Below, one piece after another: positions 45,195 through 54,333 of a stretch of 64,000 nucleotides of DNA. The DNA comes from Polyangiales bacterium (GTDB lineage: Bacteria > Myxococcota_A > Polyangia > Polyangiales > JADJQN01), in the NCBI GenBank assembly GCA_964202905.1, contig CAXNJO010000002.1, forward strand, positions 128,001 to 192,000, in the 5' to 3' direction. The notes under the pieces are model-generated. The model was not told the DNA's origin and did not search any database. It saw nothing but the letters and a program-made list of their open reading frames with translations. Both the position numbers and the translations under genes were made by a program. Numbering within the stretch: position 1 is the first letter of the stretch; the number at the start of each line of letters is the position of its first letter.

Positions 45195-47072
45195 ATGCGC
45201 AGGACCCGCCCCGCTGCCCACGCCACGCTCGGCCTCTCCGCGCTCGCCGCCCTCGCGACCGCCTGCGATCCCGCGCCGGCGCGCGCGCCGTTCGAGTTCC
45301 GCGAGGGGCCGCTCGTCGAGAGCAGCGCCCCCCCCGTCGCGATCAGCGGCGGCACGCTCCTCGTCACCGCCGACCGCGCGCTCGCCCTCGCCGCGGACCC
45401 GGAGCGCGACCTCGTCTCGCTCGTCGACCTCGCATCGCGCAGCGTCCGCGCCACCGTGACGCTGCCCCCGCGCAGCGAGCCGGGACGCATCGTCGAGGAC
45501 CCGTACGGCCGCGCGCACGTCGCGCTGCGGCGCGGGGGCGGCGTCGCGCACGTCGATCTCGCGACGGGGGCGCTGCTCGGCACGACCTCGGTGTGCCCCG
45601 CACCGCGCGGCCTCGCCTGGGATCGCGCGAACGACGCGCTGCACGTCGCGTGCGCGAGCGGCGAGCTCGTCACGCTGAGCGCATCCGGCGAGGAAATCGC
45701 CCGCTCGAAGGTGCCGGGCGGCGACCTGCGCGACGTGCTCGTGCGCACCGACGGTCTGCTCGTGACGCACTTCCGCAGCGCGGCCGTCACGAGCCTACGC
45801 TTCGACGGGAGCGTCGAGTCGGCGTCGACGCCGCCGGCCGACGTCGGCTGCGGCGGGTTCGGCGAGCCGGGCTTCGCCGAGGACGCGCCGCGCTCACCCT
45901 CGCCAGGCCTGCTCCCGCCGTCGATGGTGGCCGGCGCGGACTCCGCCATCGCGTGGCGCGCCGTGGCCCTGCCCACGGGCGACGTCGGAGGTGACGTGCT
46001 CATGCTGCACCAGCGCGCGCAGTCCGACGCGCCGATCAGCGTCGATGCGGGCGGTTACGGCGGCACCTCGCCGTGCAACCCGGTGCCCGGGATCGTGCGC
46101 ACGAGCCTCTCGCTCTTCGACCTGCACGGCCAGCCGCGCATGACGCGCGCCGCGATCCCCGAGGCCGTGCTCGCCGTCGACGTCGCCGTGTCGAGCGACG
46201 GCGCGCGCGTCGCGCTCGCGATGCCGGGCAACGCGTCGACACCGTTCGCGCAGGTCCGAGTGGGCGAGCTCGGCGACTTCCTCGCGGGGGAGTCCGCGTC
46301 CCGACGCATCTTCACCGCCGGTCAGGTGACGGCCGTCGCCTTCGCCGGTCGCGACCGGCTCCTCGTGCAGTCCCGCGAACCCGCGACGCTCACGGTCGTC
46401 ACGCTCGACGGCGCGGCAGCGCCCGTCTCGGTGCGCCTGTCGGACGAGAGCCGCGCGGACACCGGGCACTACCTGTTCCACGCGGGCGCCACGGCGATGG
46501 TCGCGTGCGCCTCGTGCCACGCCGAGGGCGGGGACGACGGGCGCACCTGGGACTTCGACGGCATCGGCCCGCGCCGCACGCAGACGATCGCGGGCGGACT
46601 CCTCGGCACCGAGCCCTTCCACTGGAACGGCGACATGGCCGACTTCCGCACGCTCGAGCACCAGGTCTTCGGGCGACGCATGGGCGCGGGCGAGATCTCG
46701 ACGGCCCACGCCGACGCGCTCGGCGGCTTCGTGGACGGGCTGCTCCCGGTCCCCGCGCCGACGGTCGACGACGCGGACGCCGTGCTGCGCGGGCAGGAGC
46801 TCTTCGAGAGCGACGCGGTCGGCTGCGCGAGCTGCCACAGCGGCCCGATGCTCACGAACAACGCCTCGGTCGACGTCGGCACGGACGGCGTCTTCCAGGT
46901 GCCCACGCTCGTCGGGCTCGCGCACCACGCGCCCTACCTGCACGACGGCTGCGCGCGCACGCTGCTCGACCGCTTCGACCCCGCGTGCGGCGGCGGCGAG
47001 CAGCACGGGCACACCGCGCACCTCGGCCGCGCCGAGCGCGAGGACCTCGTCGCTTACCTGCTCACGCTCTGA
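45195..47072 (+). CDS. Beta-propeller plus diheme cytochrome c (peroxidase/MauG-like) lipoprotein
   Basis: Lipobox ATAC, two CASCH motifs, PFHWNG, VPTL-G, APYLHDG. Confidence 0.85.
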   Translation: MRRTRPAAHATLGLSALAALATACDPAPARAPFEFREGPLVESSAPPVAISGGTLLVTADRALALAADPERDLVSLVDLASRSVRATVTLPPRSEPGRIVEDPYGRAHVALRRGGGVAHVDLATGALLGTTSVCPAPRGLAWDRANDALHVACASGELVTLSASGEEIARSKVPGGDLRDVLVRTDGLLVTHFRSAAVTSLRFDGSVESASTPPADVGCGGFGEPGFAEDAPRSPSPGLLPPSMVAGADSAIAWRAVALPTGDVGGDVLMLHQRAQSDAPISVDAGGYGGTSPCNPVPGIVRTSLSLFDLHGQPRMTRAAIPEAVLAVDVAVSSDGARVALAMPGNASTPFAQVRVGELGDFLAGESASRRIFTAGQVTAVAFAGRDRLLVQSREPATLTVVTLDGAAAPVSVRLSDESRADTGHYLFHAGATAMVACASCHAEGGDDGRTWDFDGIGPRRTQTIAGGLLGTEPFHWNGDMADFRTLEHQVFGRRMGAGEISTAHADALGGFVDGLLPVPAPTVDDADAVLRGQELFESDAVGCASCHSGPMLTNNASVDVGTDGVFQVPTLVGLAHHAPYLHDGCARTLLDRFDPACGGGEQHGHTAHLGRAEREDLVAYLLTL

Positions 47073-47075
47073 GCC

Positions 47076-47843
47076 TCAGGACGCGGCGTCATCCGCCCCG
47101 CGCGAGAGCACCTTCACGCGCTCGCGCGCCGCGCGCTCCGTCCACGGCGTCGCAGGCGCCTCGCCCTCGTGACTCGGGCAGATCTCGGCGAGCGGGCACT
47201 CCCCGCAGCGCGGCTTGCGCGCGAGGCACACGTAGCGGCCGTGCAGCACGAGCCGGTGCCCGGTGTCGATCCACGCCTCGCGCGGAAAGAGCGCGGTGAG
47301 GTCGGCCTCGACCTTCTCGGGGTCGTCGTGCTCGGTGAGCTCGAGACGCCGCGCGACGCGGCCCGCATGCGTGTCCACCGTGATGCCGCTCGGGATGCGG
47401 TAGGCCGTCCCGAGCACGACGTTCGCCGTCTTGCGCGCGACGCCGGGAAGCGCAGTGAGCGCCTCCACCGTGCGCGGGACCTCGCCGCCGTGGCGCTCGG
47501 CGATGAGCGCCGCCGCGCCGCGGATCGCCTTCGCCTTGTTGCGGAAGAAGCCCGTGGGCTTCACGACGACCTCGACTTCTTCTTGAGACGCAGTTGCAAG
47601 TGCCGCCGGCGTCGGCCAGCGGGCGAAGAGGCCCGGCGTGACCTTGTTGATCATCTTGTCGGTGCTCTGCGCGCTGAGGATCGTCGCGACGAGGAGCTGC
47701 CAGGGGCTCGCGAAGTCGAGCTCGCAGGGCGGCGCCTCGAGCGTCGCGGCGAGGCGCGCGTGGACCTCGTCGGCGCGGGCGCGCGTCGACTTCGCCGCGC
47801 GGCGCGGCTTGGGGCTGGGACGGGGGGAACGGGGCGCGCTCAT
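47076..47843 (-). CDS. nth: Endonuclease III
   Basis: LSAQSTD, LPGVARKTANVV, VDTH, C-x6-C-x2-C-x5-C Fe-S motif. Confidence 0.97.
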   Translation of the reverse strand: MSAPRSPRPSPKPRRAAKSTRARADEVHARLAATLEAPPCELDFASPWQLLVATILSAQSTDKMINKVTPGLFARWPTPAALATASQEEVEVVVKPTGFFRNKAKAIRGAAALIAERHGGEVPRTVEALTALPGVARKTANVVLGTAYRIPSGITVDTHAGRVARRLELTEHDDPEKVEADLTALFPREAWIDTGHRLVLHGRYVCLARKPRCGECPLAEICPSHEGEAPATPWTERAARERVKVLSRGADDAAS

Positions 47844-47974
47844 CGGGCCGCACGCTACACAGCTTCGCGCGCGCTTTCCAAGCGCCCCGCGGGAGGAAAC
47901 GCGCGGCGTGGCGCCGGTCGTGCGCGGGCGCGGCCGGTAGCCACGCGCGCGGAGAACGACTACGTTCGCGCGCC

Positions 47975-48970
47975 GTGAGCGCCCTCCTGTTCATCCCGTG
48001 GTTCCGCGCCGATGCGTGGCACATCCCCCTCCCCGGCGGTCACTCCCTGCCGATCCAGCCCTTCGGCCTGCTGGTCGCGACGGGCGTCATGCTCGGCTAC
48101 AAGCTCGGCGAGCGCCGCGCGAAGCAGGAGGGCCTCGACCCGCTCGTCTACGCCGACCTCGTCGCGCACATCCTCGTCGGCGGCTTCGTCGCCGGGCACG
48201 TGCTCGACGCCATCGCGTACCACCCGGCGCAGGTCGCGCAGGACTTCCGCGAGATCGCCGACGGCACCTTCTGGAAGGACGCCGAGGACGGCATCCGCTT
48301 CCCCTACACGCTCAAGCTCTGGGCGGGCCTCTCCTCTTACGGCGGCTTCACCGGGGCAGCGGTCGGCTCGCTGGTGTGGCGCTTCCGGCGCGGCGTGCCG
48401 CTCATCGCGGTGAACGACGTCGTCATCTGGGCGCTGCCGTTCGGCTGGCTCTTCGGGCGGCTGGGCTGCTTCGTGGTGCACGACCACCCGGGCATCGTCA
48501 CGGACTTCCCGCTCGCCGTCGCCGACTACCAGGTGGGCTACCCGCCCTACCAGCCGCGCCACGATCTCGGGCTCTACGAGGTGTTCTGGTGCCTCGCGAT
48601 GCTCCCGATCCTGTGGTGGCTGCAGCACAAGAAGCTCCCGCGCGGCTTCTTCCTCGGCCTCGTGCCGACGGCGTACGCGCCGGTCCGCTTCGGGCTCGAC
48701 TTCCTGCGCGCACGCCCCGAGGAGCTCGGCGATCACGCGGATCCCCGATATTTCGGCCTCACGCCGGGTCACTACGCGTCGCTGTCCTTCCTCGTGATCG
48801 GGCTCGCGTTCTTCTGGCGCATCTACCGCGGCGCGCCGATCGAGCTGCCCGAGGACGCGCGCTGGACGCCCGAGAAGGAGGCGGCGCGCGCCGCCGCCGA
48901 GGGCGCCGAGGGCCCGCGCCGCGACGCGGGCAGCGGCACCGACAAGGCGAAGAAGAAGCCGCGCCGCTGA
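47975..48970 (+). CDS. lgt: Prolipoprotein diacylglyceryl transferase family
   Basis: GLSSYGGF, GRLGCF, RH-LGLYE, RFGLDFLR; multi-TM. Confidence 0.88.
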   Translation: MSALLFIPWFRADAWHIPLPGGHSLPIQPFGLLVATGVMLGYKLGERRAKQEGLDPLVYADLVAHILVGGFVAGHVLDAIAYHPAQVAQDFREIADGTFWKDAEDGIRFPYTLKLWAGLSSYGGFTGAAVGSLVWRFRRGVPLIAVNDVVIWALPFGWLFGRLGCFVVHDHPGIVTDFPLAVADYQVGYPPYQPRHDLGLYEVFWCLAMLPILWWLQHKKLPRGFFLGLVPTAYAPVRFGLDFLRARPEELGDHADPRYFGLTPGHYASLSFLVIGLAFFWRIYRGAPIELPEDARWTPEKEAARAAAEGAEGPRRDAGSGTDKAKKKPRR

Positions 48971-49105
48971 GCCGGGTGCGCGGCCTCGGGGAGGCGCCGG
49001 GAGCGCTGCTGCCCGGTGGCGCGCGCGCGGCGGTGGGCCCACGCGGGAGGCCCTGCGCCCGCGCACCGGGCGCGCCGTGTCGAGCGCCCGTACACTGCGA
49101 GACGG

Positions 49106-50416
49106 ATGTCGCTCGCGGCCGCGAGACCAGTGGCGATGGCGCGGGTGCGGCGGCTCCCGCCGGGCGCCCTCGGCGCGCTCGCGTCGCTCCTGTTGCACGC
49201 CGTCCTCGCGCTCTGCGTGTGGCGTCTGCCGCCCTCGCCGCTGCGGGGACCGCACCCGTTCGAGGTGCACGTCGCCGTGACCGGTTCGCCGGTTCGGGTC
49301 GCCTCGGACGGCGCGACGGGCGCACGCCCGAGCGACGCGGCGCCGCGCGTGCCGGGAGGGGGCCGCTCGCCACAGAACATCGACACCTTCGAGCGCGGCG
49401 CGGGCGGCGACGGCGTCGGCGCGGCGGCCGTGATGCTCTTCCCGCGGGCCGACGCGCTCACACGGCAGGCGAGCCCGCGAAACGCGCACGATTCGTTGCA
49501 GCTCCAACGAATCCGCACGGCCGAGGACCAGGCGACACGCGGTGATCGGCGCGCGACGCCGCACCCCGGCGACGTGCCCTTCCTCGCGTCGGGACCGGGC
49601 ACGCACCCCGAGCGACGCCCGATCGCGCAGCGCGATCCGCGCGACGGCGCGCGCAACGCCCCGGCCCCGACGGTCGCAGGCGACGCGGTGAGCCGCGCGC
49701 GTGCGGGCACCGGCGAAGCGCCTGCGCCTACGGCCGACGCGGCGACACAGGCCGGGGCGCACGCACCGTCGCCGGGACGGGGCATCGCCGCGGGCGTCGG
49801 CGCGCACGCCGCCGAGGCCGCGCGCGTCGCCTCCGGTCGGCCGCCGATCCCGCAGGGCGCCGCCTCGACGAGCAGCGACTGGCGCGACGCGCGCGTGCGC
49901 GACCAGCACGACGCGGAGCTGCTCGCGGCGCGGCTCGTGCAATCGCTCGCCGACACGAGCGCGCACGGCGGCCGCACGGTCGGCGCAGGCAGCGGCGGCG
50001 CGGGCGGGGGCGGCGCCGCGGGCAGCGGCGGAGGACGCGACGAGGGCGGCCGCGCGCGCGCAGACGGTCCCGGCGCGGGCGCGTTCGACTCCCTCGACAC
50101 CCGCGACGCGCGCTACGAGCGCTGGCTCCTCGCGCAGGTGCAGCGGGTGGAGCGCGGGCTAGTCTTCCCGGGCGCGCGGCGCCTCGCGCTCGATCAGGGC
50201 ACGAGCGTCTACCGGCTCGAGATCCGCCCGGACGGCACACCGACGGGGACCCCGCGCCTCCTGCGCTCGAGCGGCTTCCCCGATCTCGACGAGGCCGCGC
50301 GCCGCGCGATCGACGCCGCCCTGCCGCTCGAACCGCTGCCGGAGGCGCTGCGCGACGGGCGCGGCACGCTGCGGCTCACGCTGCCCGTGCGATTCGCGAA
50401 CCCGAGCGTGCGCTGA
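49106..50416 (+). CDS. TonB-family energy transducer
   Basis: N-terminal TM with SLLLH, long low-complexity linker, C-terminal QG...I-PDG...RSSGFPDLDEAA...PLP. Confidence 0.8.
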   Translation: MSLAAARPVAMARVRRLPPGALGALASLLLHAVLALCVWRLPPSPLRGPHPFEVHVAVTGSPVRVASDGATGARPSDAAPRVPGGGRSPQNIDTFERGAGGDGVGAAAVMLFPRADALTRQASPRNAHDSLQLQRIRTAEDQATRGDRRATPHPGDVPFLASGPGTHPERRPIAQRDPRDGARNAPAPTVAGDAVSRARAGTGEAPAPTADAATQAGAHAPSPGRGIAAGVGAHAAEAARVASGRPPIPQGAASTSSDWRDARVRDQHDAELLAARLVQSLADTSAHGGRTVGAGSGGAGGGGAAGSGGGRDEGGRARADGPGAGAFDSLDTRDARYERWLLAQVQRVERGLVFPGARRLALDQGTSVYRLEIRPDGTPTGTPRLLRSSGFPDLDEAARRAIDAALPLEPLPEALRDGRGTLRLTLPVRFANPSVR

Positions 50417-50431
50417 AGGGGCGCGCGGCGA

Positions 50432-50995
50432 TCAGCGCTTCACGGGGAACTTCGCGAGCTTGCGCTGGAGCGAGCGGCGGTGGACGCCGAGCAGGCGCGC
50501 GGCCTGCGAGACGTTGCCGTCGCAGTCGGCGAGCACGCGCTGGATGTGCTCCCACTCGACGCGCGCGAGCGACGGCACACCGGGCGTCGACGCGGGCGCC
50601 TGCGCGACGGCGCCGCGGCCCTCGAGCGCCGCGAGGATGCGCTCGAGCTCCGCGGGCTTGGTCAGGTAGTCGCGCGCGCCCGCGCGCAGCGCCTCGATCG
50701 CGGTCGCGATGCTGCCGTAGCCCGTGAGCACGACGAGCACCGTCGTCGGGTCGATCGCGAGCAGTCCGCGCACGATCGCGAGCCCGTCCATCACCCCGCC
50801 GAGGCGCAGATCGACGACCGCCCACTCCGGGCTCTCCTGCCGCGCGAGCGCGAGCGCCTCCTCGCCGTCGCGCGCCCCACGCGCCTCGTGGCCGCGCCGC
50901 GCGAACGCGGCGACGAGCCGCTCGCGGAACACCGCGTCGTCGTCGACGACGAGGACCGCGCGGGCCTCCTCGGCACCGACCGCCTGCGCGCTCAT
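50432..50995 (-). CDS. regA: RegA/ActR-family response regulator
   Basis: VVDDD, VDLRL, LTGYGSIATA, EWEHIQRVL, GNVSQAAR-LG-HRRSLQRKL. Confidence 0.92.
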   Translation of the reverse strand: MSAQAVGAEEARAVLVVDDDAVFRERLVAAFARRGHEARGARDGEEALALARQESPEWAVVDLRLGGVMDGLAIVRGLLAIDPTTVLVVLTGYGSIATAIEALRAGARDYLTKPAELERILAALEGRGAVAQAPASTPGVPSLARVEWEHIQRVLADCDGNVSQAARLLGVHRRSLQRKLAKFPVKR

Positions 50996-52302
50996 GGCGC
51001 CCCCTCGCGGCCGCGCGCGGGCACCGTGAGCACGACCGTCGTGCCGCGCCCGAGGAGCGACTCGAGCTCGAGCCGCCCGCCGAGTTGCTCGGCGACCGAG
51101 CGCGCGAGGAAGAGGCCGAGCCCGAGCCCGCGCCCCGGCCCCTTCGTCGTGAAGAACGGCTCGCCCGCCTGCGCGAGCACCGCCGGGTCCATCCCGCCGC
51201 CGTGATCGGCCACCGCGAGCCGCAGGGCGCCGCGCGCCTCCTCGGCCACGAGCTCGACGGGCGATGCCGACGCGGGCTGCGCCTCGAGCGCGTTGCGGAC
51301 GAGGCTGCCGAGCGCCTGCGCGAGCGCGATGCGCGGCAGCGAGACCGGCCCGTGGGTCGCGTCCCGCAGCGTGAGGCGCGCGCGATCGGCGGACGGCAGC
51401 CGCGCGGCCACGTCCTCGAGCAACTCGGCGACGCGCATCGCCGAGGGGACCTCGCCGATCGGCTCGCCAGCGCGGTAGCTCAGTTGATCGAGGATCGCGC
51501 GGCAACGCGCGACCTCGTCCCGGAGCAGCGCGGCATCCGCCGCGAGCGGCGTCCCCGGCGCGGCCTCCCCTGCGAGCTCCCCGGCGACGAGCGCGATCGT
51601 GCCGAGCGGCGTCGCGAGCTCGTGCGCCGCCCCGGCCGCGAGCGTCGCGACCGCGGCGAGCCGCTCGCTCCGTGCCGCGCGATCGCGGGCCCCGGCGAGC
51701 TCCGCGTCGCGCGCGGCGAGCGCGTCCGACGCGCGCCCGACGAAGTGCGCGACGAGGCCCGCCGAGAGCGCGAACGCGACCCACATCCCGAGCAGGTGCA
51801 CGCTGACGGTGCCGTCGCCGAGGCGCACCAGCATCGGCACGGGGACGTGATCGACGAAGAGGAGCCCGTAGCCGAGGGTGGCGAGCGCCGCGAGCCCGTA
51901 CGCCGTCGGGGCGCCGAGCACGACCGCAGCGAGCGTGACGTGCACGAGGTGCAGCACGCTGAACGGGTTCGCGGGACCGCCTGACAGATACAAGAACAGA
52001 TTGGTTGCAACAACGTCGAAGGCGAGCACGCCGGCGATGGCCCTGCGCCCGGGTGAACCGCCGCGCGCGACGTGCGCCGAGAGGAGCACCCCCACCGTGA
52101 GCGACACCGCGAGCAGCCCGAGCAGCGCGCCGACCGGGACCGCCATGCCCATCCACCCCGCGGCGACGGCGACCGCGGCGGCCTCCACGAGCAACGCACC
52201 CCAGCGCAGGCGCAGCAGCCAGGGCACGCGCGGGTCGTGGGGTCGCTCGCTCGACGCGGTGCCGGTCACGGTGCCCCGAGTATGCACGAACGGCGCGGCC
52301 AT
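50992..52302 (-). CDS. regB: RegB/ActS-family sensor histidine kinase
   Basis: LLRLRW, GGPANPF quinone motif, AAHELATPL, RCRAIL redox Cys, EPFFTTK, GLGLGLF. Confidence 0.9.
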   Translation of the reverse strand: MAAPFVHTRGTVTGTASSERPHDPRVPWLLRLRWGALLVEAAAVAVAAGWMGMAVPVGALLGLLAVSLTVGVLLSAHVARGGSPGRRAIAGVLAFDVVATNLFLYLSGGPANPFSVLHLVHVTLAAVVLGAPTAYGLAALATLGYGLLFVDHVPVPMLVRLGDGTVSVHLLGMWVAFALSAGLVAHFVGRASDALAARDAELAGARDRAARSERLAAVATLAAGAAHELATPLGTIALVAGELAGEAAPGTPLAADAALLRDEVARCRAILDQLSYRAGEPIGEVPSAMRVAELLEDVAARLPSADRARLTLRDATHGPVSLPRIALAQALGSLVRNALEAQPASASPVELVAEEARGALRLAVADHGGGMDPAVLAQAGEPFFTTKGPGRGLGLGLFLARSVAEQLGGRLELESLLGRGTTVVLTVPARGREGAP

Positions 52303-53222
52303 CAAAGGTCGACCGCCAGCGCGACCTCACCGAGCGCCGTCTCGACGTGTCCGGGCTCGAGCACCTGCGCGACGGGGACCCGAAGCCCCGCGACGAGCAG
52401 CACGTCCGTGCCGAGCGACGCGACGACGTCGAGTCCGACGAAGACGATGCCGCCCCCGGTCCCGCGCTCGCGCTGGCCGTCGATCGTGCGCACGCGGGCG
52501 TCGACGCGGGCGTCCGCGGCCGCGCGCAACGCCAGCGCGGGCGTGAGCTGCGCCTGCCCCGCGACCGTCACGCGCACCGATTCGCCCGGCGCCTCGCCGT
52601 CCATCGTCCCGAGCCGCGCATAGCCGACTGCGCTCGCGAAGAGCGAGAATTGCCCCGCGAAGTAGGCGTAGGAGACGCCGAGCAGCGGGCTCCACACGCC
52701 GGTGCCGACGAGCGCGTCGCGCGGCAGGCCGACGTCGGCCGACGACGCCACGCCGGTGGGCACCGCGACGCCCCCGACGACGGCGAGCAGGTGCCGCGGC
52801 GCGAGCGACGGGTGGCGGTACACGAACCCGCGCGCGCGCAGCTCCGCGTCGCCGGGCGCGAAGGCCGTGCGCCGCGCTTCCCCCTCGATCGAGACCGATC
52901 GAAGCACGAGCGGCATCTCCGCCGAGAGCGTGAGGCGCGGATGCGGCGTCCAGGCCACGGTCAGGTCGCTGCGCGCCTCGAGGAGGCGCACGTCACCGAG
53001 GCGATCGCCGCGGACGCGCGTGCGGAGGGCGGCCCGCAAACGCCCCGCGAACGGCTGCTCGGCGCCCATCACCGTGAGCGTCGGGTCCCCGCTCGCGCAG
53101 GCCGCGCACGCACGGACACGGGCGGGTGGCAGGGCGACGGCGATGGCGATGGCAAGCGCCACCGTGATGCAGGCGGCAGCGGACCATGCCGACGCACGCC
53201 GCGCCGACGACAGCCAGGCCAC
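52302..53222 (-). CDS. Putative outer-membrane beta-barrel with N-terminal CxxC (start uncertain)
   Basis: Signal peptide, CAACASGD, alternating beta strands, GDAEL, VPTG, GTG-W; stop overlaps regB start. Confidence 0.7.
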   Translation of the reverse strand: MAWLSSARRASAWSAAACITVALAIAIAVALPPARVRACAACASGDPTLTVMGAEQPFAGRLRAALRTRVRGDRLGDVRLLEARSDLTVAWTPHPRLTLSAEMPLVLRSVSIEGEARRTAFAPGDAELRARGFVYRHPSLAPRHLLAVVGGVAVPTGVASSADVGLPRDALVGTGVWSPLLGVSYAYFAGQFSLFASAVGYARLGTMDGEAPGESVRVTVAGQAQLTPALALRAAADARVDARVRTIDGQRERGTGGGIVFVGLDVVASLGTDVLLVAGLRVPVAQVLEPGHVETALGEVALAVDL

Positions 53223-53470
53223 CCCACGCCACGCAGGCACAGGCCGCGCGCACACGCGCGGATCCTGCGGCGCGCCGCGAGGCGGGGCGCGGTCCGGAGC
53301 CGCGCGTGGGGGGGCGCGCTGGGCGCGTCGGGGAGCGGTCGGGCATGGTGTGGGGCGGGAATGACTTCGGCGCGCTCGCCCCGCCATGCGGCCGATCGTC
53401 GCGCCACGCGACGCGGGGGTGCGCGCCTGCGGGGCGTCGCCGCGCCCGCACGCGGTGCTAGACCGCCGGG

Positions 53471-54187
53471 ATGACGACGGCGTTCGTGGCGGGGGCGACG
53501 GGCTACACGGGCCTCGAGGTGGTGCGCGCGCTGAGGGCGCGGGGCGTCGAGACGCACGCGCACGTGCGCCCCGGTTCGAGCGCGCTCGCGCGGGTCGAGC
53601 CGCTCTTCCGCGAGGTGGGCGCGCTGCTCGACACGACGCCGTGGGAGGAGTCGGCGCTCACCGCGACCCTCGCGCGGATCCGACCCGACGCGGTCTTCGC
53701 GCTGCTCGGCACCACGCGTGCCCGCACGCGCGAGGCGGCCCGGCGCGGCGACGACGCGCAGCGGCTCGGCTACGACGCGGTCGACTACGGACTCACGGCG
53801 ATGCTGCTCCGCGCGGTGCGCGCCGCGGGGCTCACGCCGCGCTTCGTGTACCTCTCCTCCGCGGGCGTCCGCGAGGGCACGGGGAGCGCGTACCTCGCCG
53901 CCCGTGCGCGCGTCGAGCGCGCGCTGGGCGAGAGCGGCGTGCCCTACACGATCGCGCGTCCGAGCTTCATCACGGGGCCCGATCGCGAGGAGGACCGCCC
54001 GCTCGAGCGTGTCGGCTCGGCCGTCGCCGACGCGGGCCTCGGCGTGCTCGGCGCGCTCGGCGCCCGGCGGCTGCGCGAGCGCTACCGCAGCACCACCGCC
54101 GCGACGCTCGCGGCGTCGCTCGTGCGCCACGCGTTCGAGCCCGGCTCGGCGAACGCGGTGCTCGAGTCCGAGTCGCTGCGCCGCTGA
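53471..54187 (+). CDS. NAD(P)H-binding atypical SDR protein
   Basis: VAGATGYTG, LGTTR, VDY, YLSS-G, RPSFI-G-R. Confidence 0.88.
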   Translation: MTTAFVAGATGYTGLEVVRALRARGVETHAHVRPGSSALARVEPLFREVGALLDTTPWEESALTATLARIRPDAVFALLGTTRARTREAARRGDDAQRLGYDAVDYGLTAMLLRAVRAAGLTPRFVYLSSAGVREGTGSAYLAARARVERALGESGVPYTIARPSFITGPDREEDRPLERVGSAVADAGLGVLGALGARRLRERYRSTTAATLAASLVRHAFEPGSANAVLESESLRR

Positions 54188-54215
54188 GCGGCCAGCGGCC
54201 AGCGGCCAGCGGCCG
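54188..54215 (+). repeat. 7-bp tandem repeat (GCGGCCA) about 4 copies
   Basis: gcggccagcggccagcggccagcggccg directly after the stop codon. Confidence 0.8.
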
Positions 54216-54333
54216 CGGCGTGCGCGCGGCGCGTGCGGAAACCCCCGAACTTGACGCGGCGCGTCAAGCATTCAAACGCCGACATTTCCAGCACGCGGGC
54301 GAGTGGAAGCCCACGCACGGGCACGGCGTGCGG

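Noticed and set aside
47909..47923. Sigma54 promoter (TGGCGC-N5-GTGC) before lgt
   Set aside because: Weak match expected by chance at high GC; TACGTT 8 nt before the start explains lgt better
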